A stretch of 57,717 bases of DNA, the filler included, from Bipalium vagum (taxonomy: Eukaryota), in NCBI GenBank assembly GCA_037834085.1. It is 3 parts of 3 records of this genome, joined end to end, with 100 filler letters (N's around TTAATTAATTAA, not from the genome) between each part and the next. Parts side by side here need not be neighbours in the genome. Positions count along the whole stretch, not along the records: positions 19,217 to 38,603 come from JBBMKC010004072.1; positions 38,704 to 57,717 come from JBBMKC010013382.1; 1 more part is not named here. One strand, given 5' to 3'. Each line of letters starts with the position of its first letter. The first letter of the stretch is position 1. This document shows, one piece after another, positions 37,591 to 51,312 of this stretch. Both the position numbers and the translations under genes were made by a program. Under the pieces are notes generated by a model. That model was not told the origin of the DNA, searched no databases, and saw nothing but the letters and a program-made list of their open reading frames with translations.

Positions 37591-37629
37591 TTAAGTTTGA
37601 GAGAAAGTTATTGTTGCCTTTTTATATCA

Positions 37630-38200
37630 CAAGAAATTCGATAAGTCACCATGAAACACTTTTCATTTATTAAAATTAGACTACACTTTACCAAGAGTTT
37701 ATTAATACTTTCTTTTAAAAAAAACAGATCATGGGATTCGATAAAAGAAGCAAATACTCGTTAAATACCATATTGATTCTTTAACTTCTTATCTCAGGAA
37801 ATTTTCTAGTGATAAGAATAGATGGTAATCTGTCAGAGATAAATCTTGGGAGTAAGATAAGCGTGGTAAAGTTTCGTTACTGATGTTCTTTTAATTTTGA
37901 ACAGTTAATTCTGTCACATGAAGCTAAGCATAGTAGTGATAAATAAAGTACGGTTACGATTTATCAATGCTTTTGTTAAACTTTTAAGTAACAAGTATCG
38001 AGTTTTGGACAATAGGATTCCGTAGTACAACTTTTTTCCGCATCTCAAGAAACCATAATGAATAATCCCTCCCAGACATTCAAAGTATTATCAGTGCCTT
38101 TCTCGAAGTAATGATTAGCTTTGAAACTATGGTTGGTTTAAACCCACTCGCTGATGTTGTTAAAAATATATCCATTCTTTTTTTCAGAGCTTCAAGTTTT
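37630..38200 (-). mobile_element. Decayed mariner
   Basis: TLPRLSYSQDLSLTDYHLFLSLENFLR plus an upstream GGIIHYGFL segment. Confidence 0.8.
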
Positions 38201-39031
38201 ATTTCTAAAAATATTATCTAACCTAATATTATAAATCAATAAATATATAAATATTAATCGAAGTCATAATATATTTTTGCTTTAAAGTTTTTTATCTAGA
38301 AAAAAATAAAAGTTATAATATCATAATAATAATTATCTTAATATTTTTTATTGTTATTATAAACATTCAAGGGAAATAAATAAATAATCTAAATTTTTTT
38401 TAATATTTGATTTAAAATTAAAATTTTTTCTTTTCATGTAAAATAATTTGATTTCTTTTGCAATTTTTAATTACAAAGGAGTCTATCATTGAATAGTGCC
38501 TTAAGTTTTATGTATTTTGAAATTAATCCTTAAATAAGTTTTATTTCTTTATTATTATTATTAGTATTATTATTATGATTATTATTATTATTATTATTAT
38601 TATNNNNNNNNNNNNNNNNNNNNNNNNNNNNNNNNNNNNNNNNNNNNTTAATTAATTAANNNNNNNNNNNNNNNNNNNNNNNNNNNNNNNNNNNNNNNNN
38701 NNNATATAATATAATATAATATAATATATAATAATTTATAATAAATGAAATGTGCTGAGCAAATTTATAACTTAAAATAATACGTTGGTCATGTTTTATG
38801 TTTATCAAGTTATTATTTTCAATTTTTAAAATTATTTTTCATTAGTTTATCATTTTAATGTTTATGAGAAAAAATAATTTATTTAAAATTTATTATTTTC
38901 AATAGCAGAATGAGGACCTGCTGCACTACTTACATTTCACAATTAATAGTATAATTACATATATAATTATTTTGTCATTGAAGTTCACTATCAAATGAGA
39001 TGAAATAATAAATTAAAAAAATATTGATACA

Positions 39032-39341
39032 TTAAACACGTATATCTTTATAGTTTATTGGTGTTTCGTAGGTTTCACTACCGTCACTTTCAACAATGTC
39101 TGTTTCGCAGGTTAAGCTTTCCATATTGTTAATAATTGGTTCTTCATACAGATCTGTATTTTCCAATTCACAATTTTTGATCAATTCCAACTTGGAATCG
39201 TAATTCTGATAACTATATGGAATTTTGCACGAATCGATCAATAGGTTTTCTTTTTGAGTTGATGGCTTCTCCTCCAATCGTGCATTACGATGGTATACAA
39301 CAGGTGGTAAAGGTCTCTGACTTCGGAAGTTTTCGCTACCT
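39032..39341 (-). CDS. Terminal (cytoplasmic) exon of single-pass EGF-repeat membrane protein
   Basis: TTTTTAG acceptor; (R)GSENFRSQRPLPPVVYHRNARLEEKP..YQNY..LYEEP..YETPINYKDIRV*. Phase matches the TM exon 45893-46008. Confidence 0.75.
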
Positions 39342-39699
39342 CTAAAAATTTAAAAAGTTAAATGGAAAAGATTTAATTTTCATAATTATATTCTTTTAAA
39401 TTTTGTACATTCCATGGTTCCAATTTTTTTTTCGTGTAATTGTACTTTTTCAAATAAAAGAAAATATTTTTATTATTTGTTTTAATTGATTTAATTTCAT
39501 TCAGTGTAATTACATAATATCTCCTTAAACATTATAAAAATAAATAAAAATGCTTAATATTTTGTTACTCTCAGAATTTTATTTTATCAGTAGTAGACAT
39601 CGAAATTAAAGTAGGTACGACGATTTGAGACTTCGACTTTCAAATAATCAATAGTGATCTTTGATAACTTTGATAAATAAAGATATTTTCGTTATACTA

Positions 39700-40896
39700 T
39701 TGGTGTGCACAAGTTTCCATTGTTTGGAGACAAAGATTTTTATTAATATATAAAAACATGGTACATTTAATCCAAATGTTTTCCAGCTTTATTGCCTTCT
39801 TTTCCTCATCTTTCAGCCAAAAGATGAATACCTCGATGAAAAAAGTCTTTTCACGTGGATTGAATAAAATTGTCAATAGATATCTGCATATTTTCAATAT
39901 GCTCAGTTGTAAATCACAAAGATTATATTGCATGGAACGGAATAGGTGAAAATCCGTTGAAAAAATATCTGGAGAATATACCGGGTCTGGTGCAATTTCC
40001 AATGTTAAGTCATCAAAATTTCCTTCTTTCCTAATGCAACATATGGTCTGACATTGTCAAGAAGAAGAAATACTTTATTTTGGTTGTTTGCAAAAATATG
40101 TCCATTTGGCAATTAGTTAATCGTTCAACTGTCCCTATTAACTACCGTAACAGTCTCAGATGGTTTTAATGGTTCATAATACAGTACTTCCTGTATGTCC
40201 TACTAGGTACGCAAATGATCCTTCTGACCATGAATATTTTCTTTTGGCTTTGAAGATCCTGGTTCTCCGTGACTTACCCACGATCTTTGGAGATTAGAAT
40301 TATGGTAATATACCCACTTTTGGTCTCAGATCTCAATTTATTATAGAAAAAGACTTGTTCGTGTTTATAGAAAAGCGAAAGCTGATTAATATTTAATGAT
40401 AAATGGTTAACTTGGTGATTATTTTGATCTTCTATAATTCGCGAGGAATCAATTTTCCTTCTTTCAGATTTTTCCTTTAACTGATACGATCTCCTAAGTA
40501 TAGTGCTCTGATAAATATGCAACCTGTTCGAATTTTCTTTCTTAAGCTCTTCCAAGTCGTCTGAACTCATGTCTTGTAGCCGACCAACTTGGGCTTTATC
40601 CTTTAAATCAATATCTCCGCTTTTAACGAATCTGAACTATTCGCGTCCTGAGCTCTTCGCTATTGTTTCATTGCCATAAGTATTGCAAATTAATCGGGTT
40701 GTTTCTGCAGATCTTTTGCATTGATTATAAATGAACAAGCTGCAGTAATGAATCCGTATTTTATCAACTTAATTATTGATTAAACTAAGTCGTCTAATTT
40801 TAAAAAAATTAGAGATTTCAAACAAAGTGTATATGAGATAATATTAACTAAAATGTCATAAATATGTGAGCCATAGAAACTTATGCATACCCCTAA
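39700..40896 (-). mobile_element. Decayed near-full-length mariner with both TIRs
   Basis: TA-TTGGTGTGCACAAGTTTC at left, inverted copy ending GAAACTTATGCATACCCCTAA-TA at right. EIAPDPVYSPDIFSTDFHLFRSMQ, LLDNVRPYVA. Confidence 0.9.
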
Positions 40897-40898
40897 TA

Positions 40899-42188
40899 TT
40901 AGGTTGTCACATATGAAATGTCCGATTTTAAAACTAATTTTATAACTACTATAATTCACATAATATTTAGCATTTGGAGCTTATTTAAATATCATTTTGA
41001 AGCGTTAAATCTGGATAATCTGGAGCGTTAAAACAATTTTTTTGGAGAATCAATATATAATATTTGTTTTAAAAAGTGAATTATTTAAAATAACTTTAGA
41101 CGGCATGAGAATGATATTAAAAAATACTGAAACGCGAACAATATTTTATACGAATGGAAATTAATGCATAATGCATCAGAAGCTGACCGAAACATCAATT
41201 TCGCACTTGGTGAGGGATCAGCTAATGAAAGAACTATTCGGAGGTGGTTCACAAAATTTCTAAATGGTGATCTGACCCGGGTAATTGAAGAGAGAGGTCG
41301 TCCCGGGGTCGTCATTAGCAACTACGATTTACGAAAACAGGTGGAGCTAAATATCAAGCAATCAGTTCCACAAATAGGAAAACGTTGGCCGTTAGTCGTC
41401 AGACCATTTCCCGACATTTGAAAGACATTGGAATGAAAAAAAGATGGATCAATGGGTTCCTCATTTATTGAATAATGCTCAAAAATCGCAGAGATTGAAA
41501 ATTTGCCAAATACTGCTGGATCGAAATCAAAAAGACCCATTTTTAGATCGCATTGTCACATGTGATGAAAAATGGGTTATTCAATACAATCGTGGACGTT
41601 CTGCTCAATGGTTAGATGCCGACCAAGCTCCTTTACATTGTCCAAAGCCGGATTTACACCCGAAAAAGACAATTTTAACAGTATGGTGGTCTATGGCTGG
41701 AGTCATACATTTTTCTTTATTGGAAAAAGGTGAAACTATTAACTCAAATAAATATTGTTCCAAAATTGAAATAATGCACCAAGCCTTATGCATTAAACAA
41801 CCTTCTTTGGTCAATAGGAAAGGAATCATACTTTTGCATGATAATGCCAGACCAGATATGTCAAAGAAGACTTTGCAAAAGCTGTTAGACTTAAAAATTG
41901 AAACTTTGAAACATCCACCATATTTGCCCGACGTATCTCCGACAGATTATCATTTTTTTAATCATTTAGATAATTTTTTAGATAAAAAATTATTGCTAAT
42001 CCGGGGGAAGTCAAAAAGGCCATATTCGAATTCACCGAATCCAGAGAATCCGATTTTTATGCCACTGGCATTTTGAAACTAGTTTCCAGATGGCAAAAAT
42101 GTGTAATGAATATTTCAATTAAATAAAACTTTTTATTGGACTTTTATTGCATATTACATAATCGGACATTTCATATGTGACGACCTAA
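40899..42188 (+). mobile_element. Full-length mariner (DD34D, cecropia-like), frameshifted transposase
   Basis: 1290 bp, TA on both sides, 29-bp TIRs TTAGGT(T/C)GTCACATATGAAATGTCCGATT with 1 mismatch. WVPHLL, IVTCDEKW, LLHDNARP and HPPYLPDVSPTDYH all present; frameshifts near 41385 and 41990. Confidence 0.95.
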
Positions 42189-44559
42189 TATAAGAGGAAA
42201 AAAAGCCTTTTGCCAATTATTATAAGAAATTCGTTTATATCACATTATTATGCTGTAGTATCGCAAAAATTCATAACAAATAAAGGCTGTTCCTAATGGA
42301 AAAAATATGATAAAACAGGATTAACATTTGTATATTTTTTAATTTCAAAAATTCCTTTTAGGCACGAAAAAGGTTTGATCGATACGAAGGAAATTGCTCC
42401 TGTAATATTATGCAGATTTAATTAGAATATGTCGAGGGGGCTCACTTAAACTCTAATTTAAAAATAATTAAATCTTGGACTTATCGATTTCGCTTTTAAT
42501 AGGAAACATTTCCTACTTTGTATATGTGAAGGCAACGAGAAAGTATTACAAAACAATTGCTACAAACCATGCTTATTTTTCCGTTTTAAAACTTACGTAA
42601 AGAGATCTGTGTTAATTTTAATTCAGATTCCTTTTTTCCTGTATTTCTGAGTTAATTACTTATTTAAACAAATACATTAATTTTTTTATAATCGATTTTT
42701 CGTTTTCTCAGTTTTTATTTGTCACAATTTTAAAAATTATTGTAATAATTAATAATATTAATATTACTACCGAGTTTTACACACTTTTAAACCCAGAACT
42801 TTTATAAAGAAAAAAGCTCGAGCATTACAGCTAATAGTACATGTTAATTAAAACTTATGCGTTTTTGTTAATTTAATTGATTTTTTTTAAACAACTAATC
42901 AATGGTATTATTTATATTTATTATATTATTTAAAATGGCTGTTCTATAGTACCAATAATTTATCGATTTATTTGATATTGTTTTCACTTTAAATAATAAA
43001 AATTTTAAGCCTGGTCAGGATACAGCTCATAAGCCAAATCTAATAAAAAAATATTAAGGATTTTGATCCTAAGATAAATAATGTTTTTGTCCTTACACTT
43101 CTGATACAGATATTTTTGTGTTCGTAATTCGCTTACTTATTAGGCTTGTGATCGATATTTCTCTAAAGGAGCTCTGAGATACTATTAGTAAAATCGTACG
43201 AGATGATTTACTGCTTTAATTAATCTTAAATTATTTTCACTATTTTCATCATTCACTAAGAAAATTAAAAAATAAAAAAAATAAAAAAATATGAAATTAA
43301 CAGTTTAAAATTTTTTGTTTGTGGTTAATATGGACAGCTTAAATACCAAAGTTTTAAAAATAAAAATAAATTAAATCACTAAAACAATCTGATGCTTGAT
43401 ATAAATATAAAGTAAAGGAATATCAAATAAAAAAGGTTAATATAATTAAATATTTTTATGTTTAGAGTTGCTCTGAGGTTTATTGATTAAAAATGTTAGC
43501 TAAATTCCAAACCTTCTATTATTATATCAGATCAAAGTGTAAATGTTTTACATTTATTATATGAAATATAAATTTTAAAAAAATTAAAATTCTAAAATAT
43601 TTTCTTTTTAAATATTTTTTGAAAATTTTTCGAAACTCAAAGATTTGACTAAAATAAAATAATGACATTTTTACTTTGAGAGAAAATTATATTATTATTA
43701 TTATTAAATCGACAGAATTATTCACTGATAGTGAATAAGAGCTAATAATACATAAGACAATACCTGTGGGTGACATAAAAATATCGGAAAACCTAAATGA
43801 TGATAAAACCAATCTAAATTTCACAGCTTAAAATCAAAGATTTCACTATTTTCTTAGTTTTTCCTTTTGATAATAAAATTTTCTAATCATTCTACCTTTA
43901 ATGTCATTAAAAATAATATTTCTTATTTTTCTTTTTGTAAGCTGCGATATCAACAAAATCAGTCACAGTTTTAAAGTTATATTTTTGAATGACTTTTTAA
44001 AACAAAACTACTTAAACAAATTTTCCTTTCTTAATAAATTAATATATTGTGCCCTTAAATATCAATAAAAATTATTTTAAGATAAATATTAAAATTAAAT
44101 TTCCAATTAATTAATAATTTAAATTAGGCAGAATATAAAAATCAATAATTAGAAATCAGTTTAAATAATCACACTTTTAATTATTTTTATACCTCTTATA
44201 ATGGCATTAAACATAATTTTATTGATAAAGAAATAACAGGTCATATTATTTGTCTTGTTTCATGCATTACTGCACTGCATCATTAATTAATTAATTAATT
44301 AATTATAATTTCAATATTTTTCAAAAGAAATTAAGTCTTAATTTTTAGTTATTTTAATAATTGTTCTTTAATCGTCACAAACTTGAAAACATAATAACAA
44401 AAATTGATCAGTATCACATTTTCCTATTTACCGAAGAAACGTAATACAAAACATAAGAGCACAATTACTTTTATAAATTCGTTAACAATAAAAAGTACAC
44501 ACATGTTTAAATATTTCTTATATTATTCACATTTACTGAAATATATTCAAACTAATGAC

Positions 44560-45330
44560 TCTATCGAGCTCATGGAGAGACATTGACAACATGGACCTGC
44601 AGAAATTTCTTTGTTGACCTGGAAGCATGTGCAGGAACATTTCCTGGTTAAAATTGATTTCCATTCGATAAGAGTTTGTGTATAAATGGCAGTAAATCCA
44701 TTTTAAGAGGTTTCCAACGTTCCACCTTTATTTAGATACAATGCTGCTGTCATTCAAAGATAAAGCAACCCAAATTATGAAATTGTATCTGTTTCGATTC
44801 ATTATACCGTTCTCCGATGCGTTGAAGCACATACTGAATAACATCGCTGCTTAACGAAAAATTACCTTCATCACTGAAGGCAACGTGAGACCAGTCATCC
44901 AATAGACGTGTACGTGATTAAGTGTTCACTGACTTTTTCGATCTTTCCATCTTTGATTCACTTTGAATTTTCACGCAAGTGTATACGTACATGGTCCATT
45001 TTCATAAAGTCGTCTACTCATATTCCGTGAAGAAATATTAAGGATAATTTCCTTTTGTGTTTTGACAGCACTTTTAAATTGATTAGCTTCATAAATTTGT
45101 ACGATATGACCTTTATCTCGCTTACTTGTAATTTTACTGCTTCTGTATTGCTATCTATAAACTTCTCTGGGGCTTAACTTTAGCAGCTAAATCTCTAAAC
45201 ATCTTTAAATAAACAGAAATTTTCTGTTGGCTCCATTTAGCATTAAATTTTAATGAATATATTCTTCGAAGGATAAGATCAGATAAATCTGCATCTAATG
45301 TCCTCTTCTTGCTAGCATCCATTTTTAATA
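44560..45330 (-). mobile_element. Tc1-like (DD34E) decayed element
   Basis: NISSRNMSRRLYENG, DDWSHVAFSDEGNFSLSSDVIQYVLQRIGERYN, IIWVALS, NVPAHASRSTKKFL. Confidence 0.8.
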
Positions 45331-45892
45331 AATATTTTGTTTAAACAAAATTAGAAAATATCAATATTTCTATATATAATGTTATTTGTTGCCTTTTCAC
45401 TTTAATAAAATATTCAAGACGAATAAATAAGAAAAATTGTTATCAAATGCACCAGTAATATAAAACTACGGATTTTAAAGGAGTGTCATTTAATTGTCCA
45501 CAACTATATTCAATATTATTATGAAAGTCTTCATGCAATCCTTCAAATACCCACTTAATTAGTCCACTCAATATCCCATGGTATGACGAACAAATGAAAA
45601 CAAAAGTTATATCGCTTTTTTTCAATCATCAAAGTGTTTTCATTAAAATTTCTTGAGATAATGTGTCAACAAATCCCATTATTTGAGCTCTTAGTGATGT
45701 TCATCAGACGAAAATAGTCAGGACAACGAACAATGATTAAAGATACAATCCCGATTTTGTGCCGTAATAAAGAATCTATTATTTTCACGGTAATATCAAT
45801 AATATCTGGCATCAGATTTTGCATTGTTTTTTTTTACAAATATTTTAAATTTCGAGAAATTCATAAAAACATTAACCAAAACCCAAAAAAAC

Positions 45893-46008
45893 CTTGATTT
45901 GTTCTTTCTTTGCCAATTTCGGATGATCATGAAGAGGCCGATCACAGAGACACAGAGCAGCACCAGAAGACAGATTATTATTATCGATGAAAAGTTCTGT
46001 CCGAAACC
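45893..46008 (-). CDS. Transmembrane exon of single-pass membrane protein
   Basis: CTTTCATTTTAG acceptor; GFGQNFSSIIIICLLVLLCVSVIGLFMIIRNWQRKNKS(R), a ~21-aa hydrophobic helix followed by a basic stop-transfer; phase 0 to 2. Confidence 0.8.
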
Positions 46009-46379
46009 CTAAAATGAAAGAATTGCATGAAATCAATATTTTTAGAATTATTTAATTATATTCCATTAATAAAAGAAGACTGCACACCGGCTTCAGTTAT
46101 CTTCATCTTTTAAAAATAAATTAAAATATTTATAATTTTTATAAATATTACAGGAATGTTGAAAAATTGGTAAAATACTTTGCTGTGAAATAAACATTGG
46201 GGTCTGATGTGGTCTATATCCAACGCATGAGATATAAGATTGAACGGCTTGCATTATTTTTATAGCAAAATATTAAAAGGTCAGTTGTCATATTATTTCT
46301 TTTTTTTCACAAATGTTTCGAATAATTTTGCCATATCAGGCAAAATTATTGATAATCCCATTAATCAAAATTAAAAGAA

Positions 46380-46434
<55 letters not shown>

Positions 46435-48009
46435 TTACAAATAATATACAAATAATAAATTACAGCTGTTTTTCTTTTCCCGTTTAGTTCTTACAATTAT
46501 TATTTTTTCCCAAATGGCTCAGGAAATTTCGTATCTGGGTATGTTGTTGCTGAGATTAAATTCTAGTTCAGAGAATGTAAAAAATTTTGGTAAAATATTT
46601 TTATTAAAAATGCTCCAAAAACTGATGAGTAAAATAAATATCAAAGTCAATTGATTTTATTATCTTTTACAGATTGTACTCGTGCCCATGACACGCTTGG
46701 GCACTATTGGATGTTGAAAATGTCTTAGTGATCTACTAAGAAGTCCGATTTAGAATGAGCTTAAAACAGTTTTCATAAAAACTAAACCATTTCTTACTAA
46801 TATTTTCTCTGCTTGAGATCGATAGGTTGCAAATTTTAATTTTTTTTGTTTTGTAACTTGTTTGAAACAGTATTTATTATTTTACAGATACTTTGTTGCT
46901 GTGGTAACTAGATAAAAGTTTTAGACTCACGTGCTACTTGGTTTTGTACACTGATATTGAGTATTTATGAAAAATCTATATGATTTTGAATCAAAATTTT
47001 TGTTGAGCTTGGTTAATATAAATAGTAATAGGCCCGTAAATCATTAAAATAATATTAGTTTTTTCTTGTAGATTAACAGATTAAGCATAAAAACTTAATC
47101 ATTTTATCTATTTACAGTACCACATTAAATATTTGATAATGAAAATTAACGATTGTTAATCAAAAATAACGATTGTTAATCAAAAATAACTTAAAATTGT
47201 TTAAAAATGTACGTGTTATGTCTGAAAAAGTAAAGTAATTATTTGTATTATTAATAATAATTAATGAAAATAATAAATTTAATAAAAATTTCTTTCATGT
47301 AAATTATCGTTGTCTCGCCTTGATTTTCACAAATTTCAGACAATGAGATCCGAACAAACCACATGACATTAAATATTAATTTTCCTGATAATTAAAACAA
47401 ATCAATATCAGCCTTTATTGAATAATATTTTCGAAGTTTTTATGTCATCACTGTTGTCAATAAAAATAATGTCATTATATATGATAATTTTATAATTTTA
47501 AAATAAATAATAATATATTAATAAATAATTATATTTCAGGAATTGTTTACTAAGAAAAGCATTGGTTTAAATATTGAAAAAAACTTTCAAAAGAAGTGAA
47601 TTTATATCTGTATATCAGGAAATAACCATCTAATAAATGATTATATTTATTAAAATAATTAATTTAATAAAATATTAAGATAACCTAAATAATAGTTATT
47701 ATGAAATCTCAAAACTAATTTCATCCTTCAAGAAACTGGAACGAGATTTTTGTAAGATTGATAACATTTTATATGATTAAATAGTCATACTTAAATAATA
47801 AAATATATTTTTAAAATGAAATAATTGGATAAAAAAGAATTCTATTGAGATCTGTGAATAGCTCGTGAATGTTTGAAATGAAATATTCTTTGAATAAATA
47901 TTTATGCTACGAAAACTGAATCAAATAAGTTTCACTTATTTATGTATTTAAGCAATAGAATACCAAAATAAAATCAATGAAATTATATTTATATTCTTTA
48001 ATTTTAATA

Positions 48010-48700
48010 TAGGGTGCTCCATAAGTAACGCCGAATTTAAAAAGTTAATAAACAAGTCAAAAATCCATAAAGACAAATATATTTTTACATAAGCATAATC
48101 AGAAACATCTTCCATTTATTTATATAAAAAATAATTATTTTTGTTTTAATAATTCAAAATAATTATTATTTATAAATATTCCAGCTATTTTTTAAAAAAT
48201 TTTTAAAAATTTATTTAAATGGAGAAATTAACCACAAAACATTGTGTTCTTATTGTTAAAGTCTATTATCAAAATAATGAGAGCCCGACTCAGACCGTTT
48301 GAAAACTTCGATCAATTTTGAGCAGAGTAATGCACCCAGTGTGTTTATAGTTCGAAGAGTAATGTTAAAATTTTCAGGAAACTGGATCAGTTGTAAACGT
48401 TCCAGTTGGACAGACCAAGAGGTCGTTGCTGTGGAAAATAATGTGAATGAGAATCCTGTAAATTCAATTTGCCAGGGTTGCCAAGAACTGCATATTTCGT
48501 CAACTTGGACCAAATATCGTAGAATCTGTTATTAACAATTTTGAGAAGCTTTGTGAGAGCGGTCACATGCTTAATATTGCATTTAATACCTAAATGGGAG
48601 ATGTTTCTGATTATGCTTATGTAAAAATATATTTATTTATATGGGTTTTTTTTACTTTTTACTAACTATTTAAATTCTGCGTTACTTATGGAACATCCTA
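48010..48700 (+). mobile_element. Non-autonomous rosa/DD41D element with ~110-bp TIRs
   Basis: TA-flanked; TAGGGTGCTCCATAAGTAACG...CATCTTCCATTTA is inverted at 48591-48700. Interior MEKLTTKHCVLIVKVYYQNNESPTQT..ETGSV..VNENP is fused directly to the C-terminal GHMLNIAFNT*. Confidence 0.9.
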
Positions 48701-48899
48701 TATTATTAAAACGGTCAAAATTTCTTTAAAAAGTTCACATCAAACAAAACTTGTTTATATTTTTTACATAATTTGTTAATAAAAATTAATTTAAAATTAT
48801 TTAAAATGTGAAAATATAAATTCTCGCGATCATTCAGAAATATCTACTCGAGATTAAATAGAACCTTTTGTGTCTTATCCGTATTTTAAAATCTTTTAA

Positions 48900-49310
48900 T
48901 AAAAGTATTGAAATGGATCCATTATGAAAATCTGAAACGTAAGAAGTAACATGTAAACCCTTTAGAAACATCAAAATTGGTTATAAGTCCTTAATAAGGC
49001 TTTAATGGGATATAAAGTGAGTACTACGTCCTGTTAAATTGTTACTTAACCATGCCAGATCTCACATATCTTTTAAAACCAATAACACAAGCTCGGCTGG
49101 GAGATTATGGACCACACGACACATTCACCAGACATTTCCCAACTGATAATCATTTATTCCGGTCAAAGTAAAACACCTTCAAATACATCCGAAAATTACT
49201 TGATGATTTTATTGTATCCATATAGCCATTATTTCTTTCGAGACTAAATTCAGTAATTGCCTGGAAGATGGCTTAAAGTGATGAATATCAATGAAAATCC
49301 TTCGAAATTT
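48900..49310 (+). mobile_element. Decayed mariner 3' half
   Basis: RPVKLLLNHARSH, LGWEIMDH..SPD..PTDNHLFRS, LPGRWLKV. Confidence 0.75.
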
Positions 49311-50139
49311 TAAGCCTTTTTAATAAGTTTGGTTAAAAGTTAAGATTATATATTACTAGACCTAATATTGGTATATTTAGCTTTAAATTATTAGTAATCA
49401 ATAAAACACATTTATTTTTAAAATTTTAATTTAAAAGAATAATATAATTAATTATTTTATTAAAATTATTATCATTTTAATATAAATAGCTAATCGATTT
49501 AATAAGTTACTTGTAAACATTTTTAATGTTTTATGTAAAATAAATTCACTAAATATTACGTTGCAATTCTTTTTTGTAAAACTTTTTCAAAATATTTTTA
49601 AAGAAATTATTTCCAATTTTATTGTTTAAAACTCTGCGGTAAATTTTGAATTTGACTTTGTTTACATATTTGGTTTCAACTTAAGTTCTCATCTTCCATG
49701 GATAATCGTTAAGTAGTCTGAAAACCGTTAATCAAAATATATTTTTTAATTAATTCTTTTCTTTTAATAACCATTTAATTTTTTGTCAATAAAACGCGTT
49801 AAATTTATGATAATCTCCCATCTAAAGTTTGAAAAATAAAAAAAAATCTTTTATAAAAAAATATAAATGGGAATAGTGCAGAAGGAAATATTAAATTAGC
49901 GCAATTTATTTTCAAATAATTTTTCAATGGACTGTTTTTATCATATTATTATTATCTATTATTAATATTATATTTAATTTGATTATTAACATATAATATA
50001 TATAATATAATATATATATCGGGTTAGAATCCATGAGATTAAATCGTTTTTTAAAATTATTGAATCTTTAACCTTTATTTCTCTCCAATAAAAAATTAAA
50101 TTAAACTAATATATAATTAGACAATAAAATATCAATAAT

Positions 50140-50920
50140 TAAACTTTTATTAGATTCAACAGATTGTTCCAATCATCATTGAAAGCATTATCCTTCCACA
50201 TCCATTCTTTCAGATAGAAACCCATCTTATCTCCTAATATACCTTTTTTAAAAAATTTTTGTATCATTATAAGCTTTCCATTGATCACTTAAAATAATTA
50301 TACTCCCTCGGCTTACACTTTTAAATATTGGTAGTAGATTGTCTGCTTTTCTATTTTTAACTATATATATATTTTTTTGTTCATGATTGGTATCTGCAAT
50401 TCCAAATACCAAAATTTCGTGTTCAATGCATGGCCTCGGTGATATTTAGGTTTATGAAAAAATAAACTTTCATCAATCTGGTATATAATTACTTGACCAC
50501 CTAATTTACAAGGATTTACTGTGTAATAATGATGACAACTTTTTTAAAAGTTATCATAGAAGTCAATCAAAAAAATTTTATCAATATCGACTATGTTTCT
50601 TTATGTCGGTTTCTTTTTCATCTATTGTCCATTTCCATAGCAACTTCAAACCAATACTTAAATGAAATCGATATCTCTCGAAAATAGAACCTGTTCGTAT
50701 GCTAATATATGTCTTAGAATTGGCAAATATTGTTTCCGTGTACCTATATGCTATGCCATCCTTATTTCTTGTATATGGCTTGCATTGCATTGGCTTGGCA
50801 CAAAATTTACATGGTAAACACTGTTTTAAAACATCTTTGGAAAAAAGGTAATTAACAGTTACATCTGTTGTACCATTACAGATTTGTTGGAGATTTTTCT
50901 GTTAATAATGATGACGCATG
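50140..50920 (-). mobile_element. Merlin transposase remnant, internally deleted
   Basis: PCKFC..MQCKPYTRNKDGIAYR..ISIRTGSIFE, KLGGQVIIYQIDESLFFHKPKYHRG, FGIAD, NRKADNLLPI, FYLKEWMWK. Confidence 0.85.
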
Positions 50921-51312
50921 TTTTATGTATATAATGCAGATTATTTACCTATTTATGTACACCGTCTTCGTCTCTTTTTTGAAATTGTAAAATTCTATTT
51001 TGACATTGTAAATTTAATTTTGACAGTGATTGTCAAAATAGACCTTTTACTTTTTTCCCCCCAATAAAAATCTTTTCTTTTTTTTCCCTACGTGGGGAAA
51101 AAAGTTAAAAGTTCCAAATTATTTATTGATTCATAAACAAATTTCTTCAAAACACGTGATTTTTAAATATCGTCAATTAAGTCTGTTCACCCCTTAATTA
51201 ATTTTATATAATTGTATATACTTGAAATTATAATTGTTTAAATGAATTAATAAAGATTTCATATTGATGCTTTTACTTAAATTTAACGTTTATGCTTGTT
51301 TTTATAGAAATA

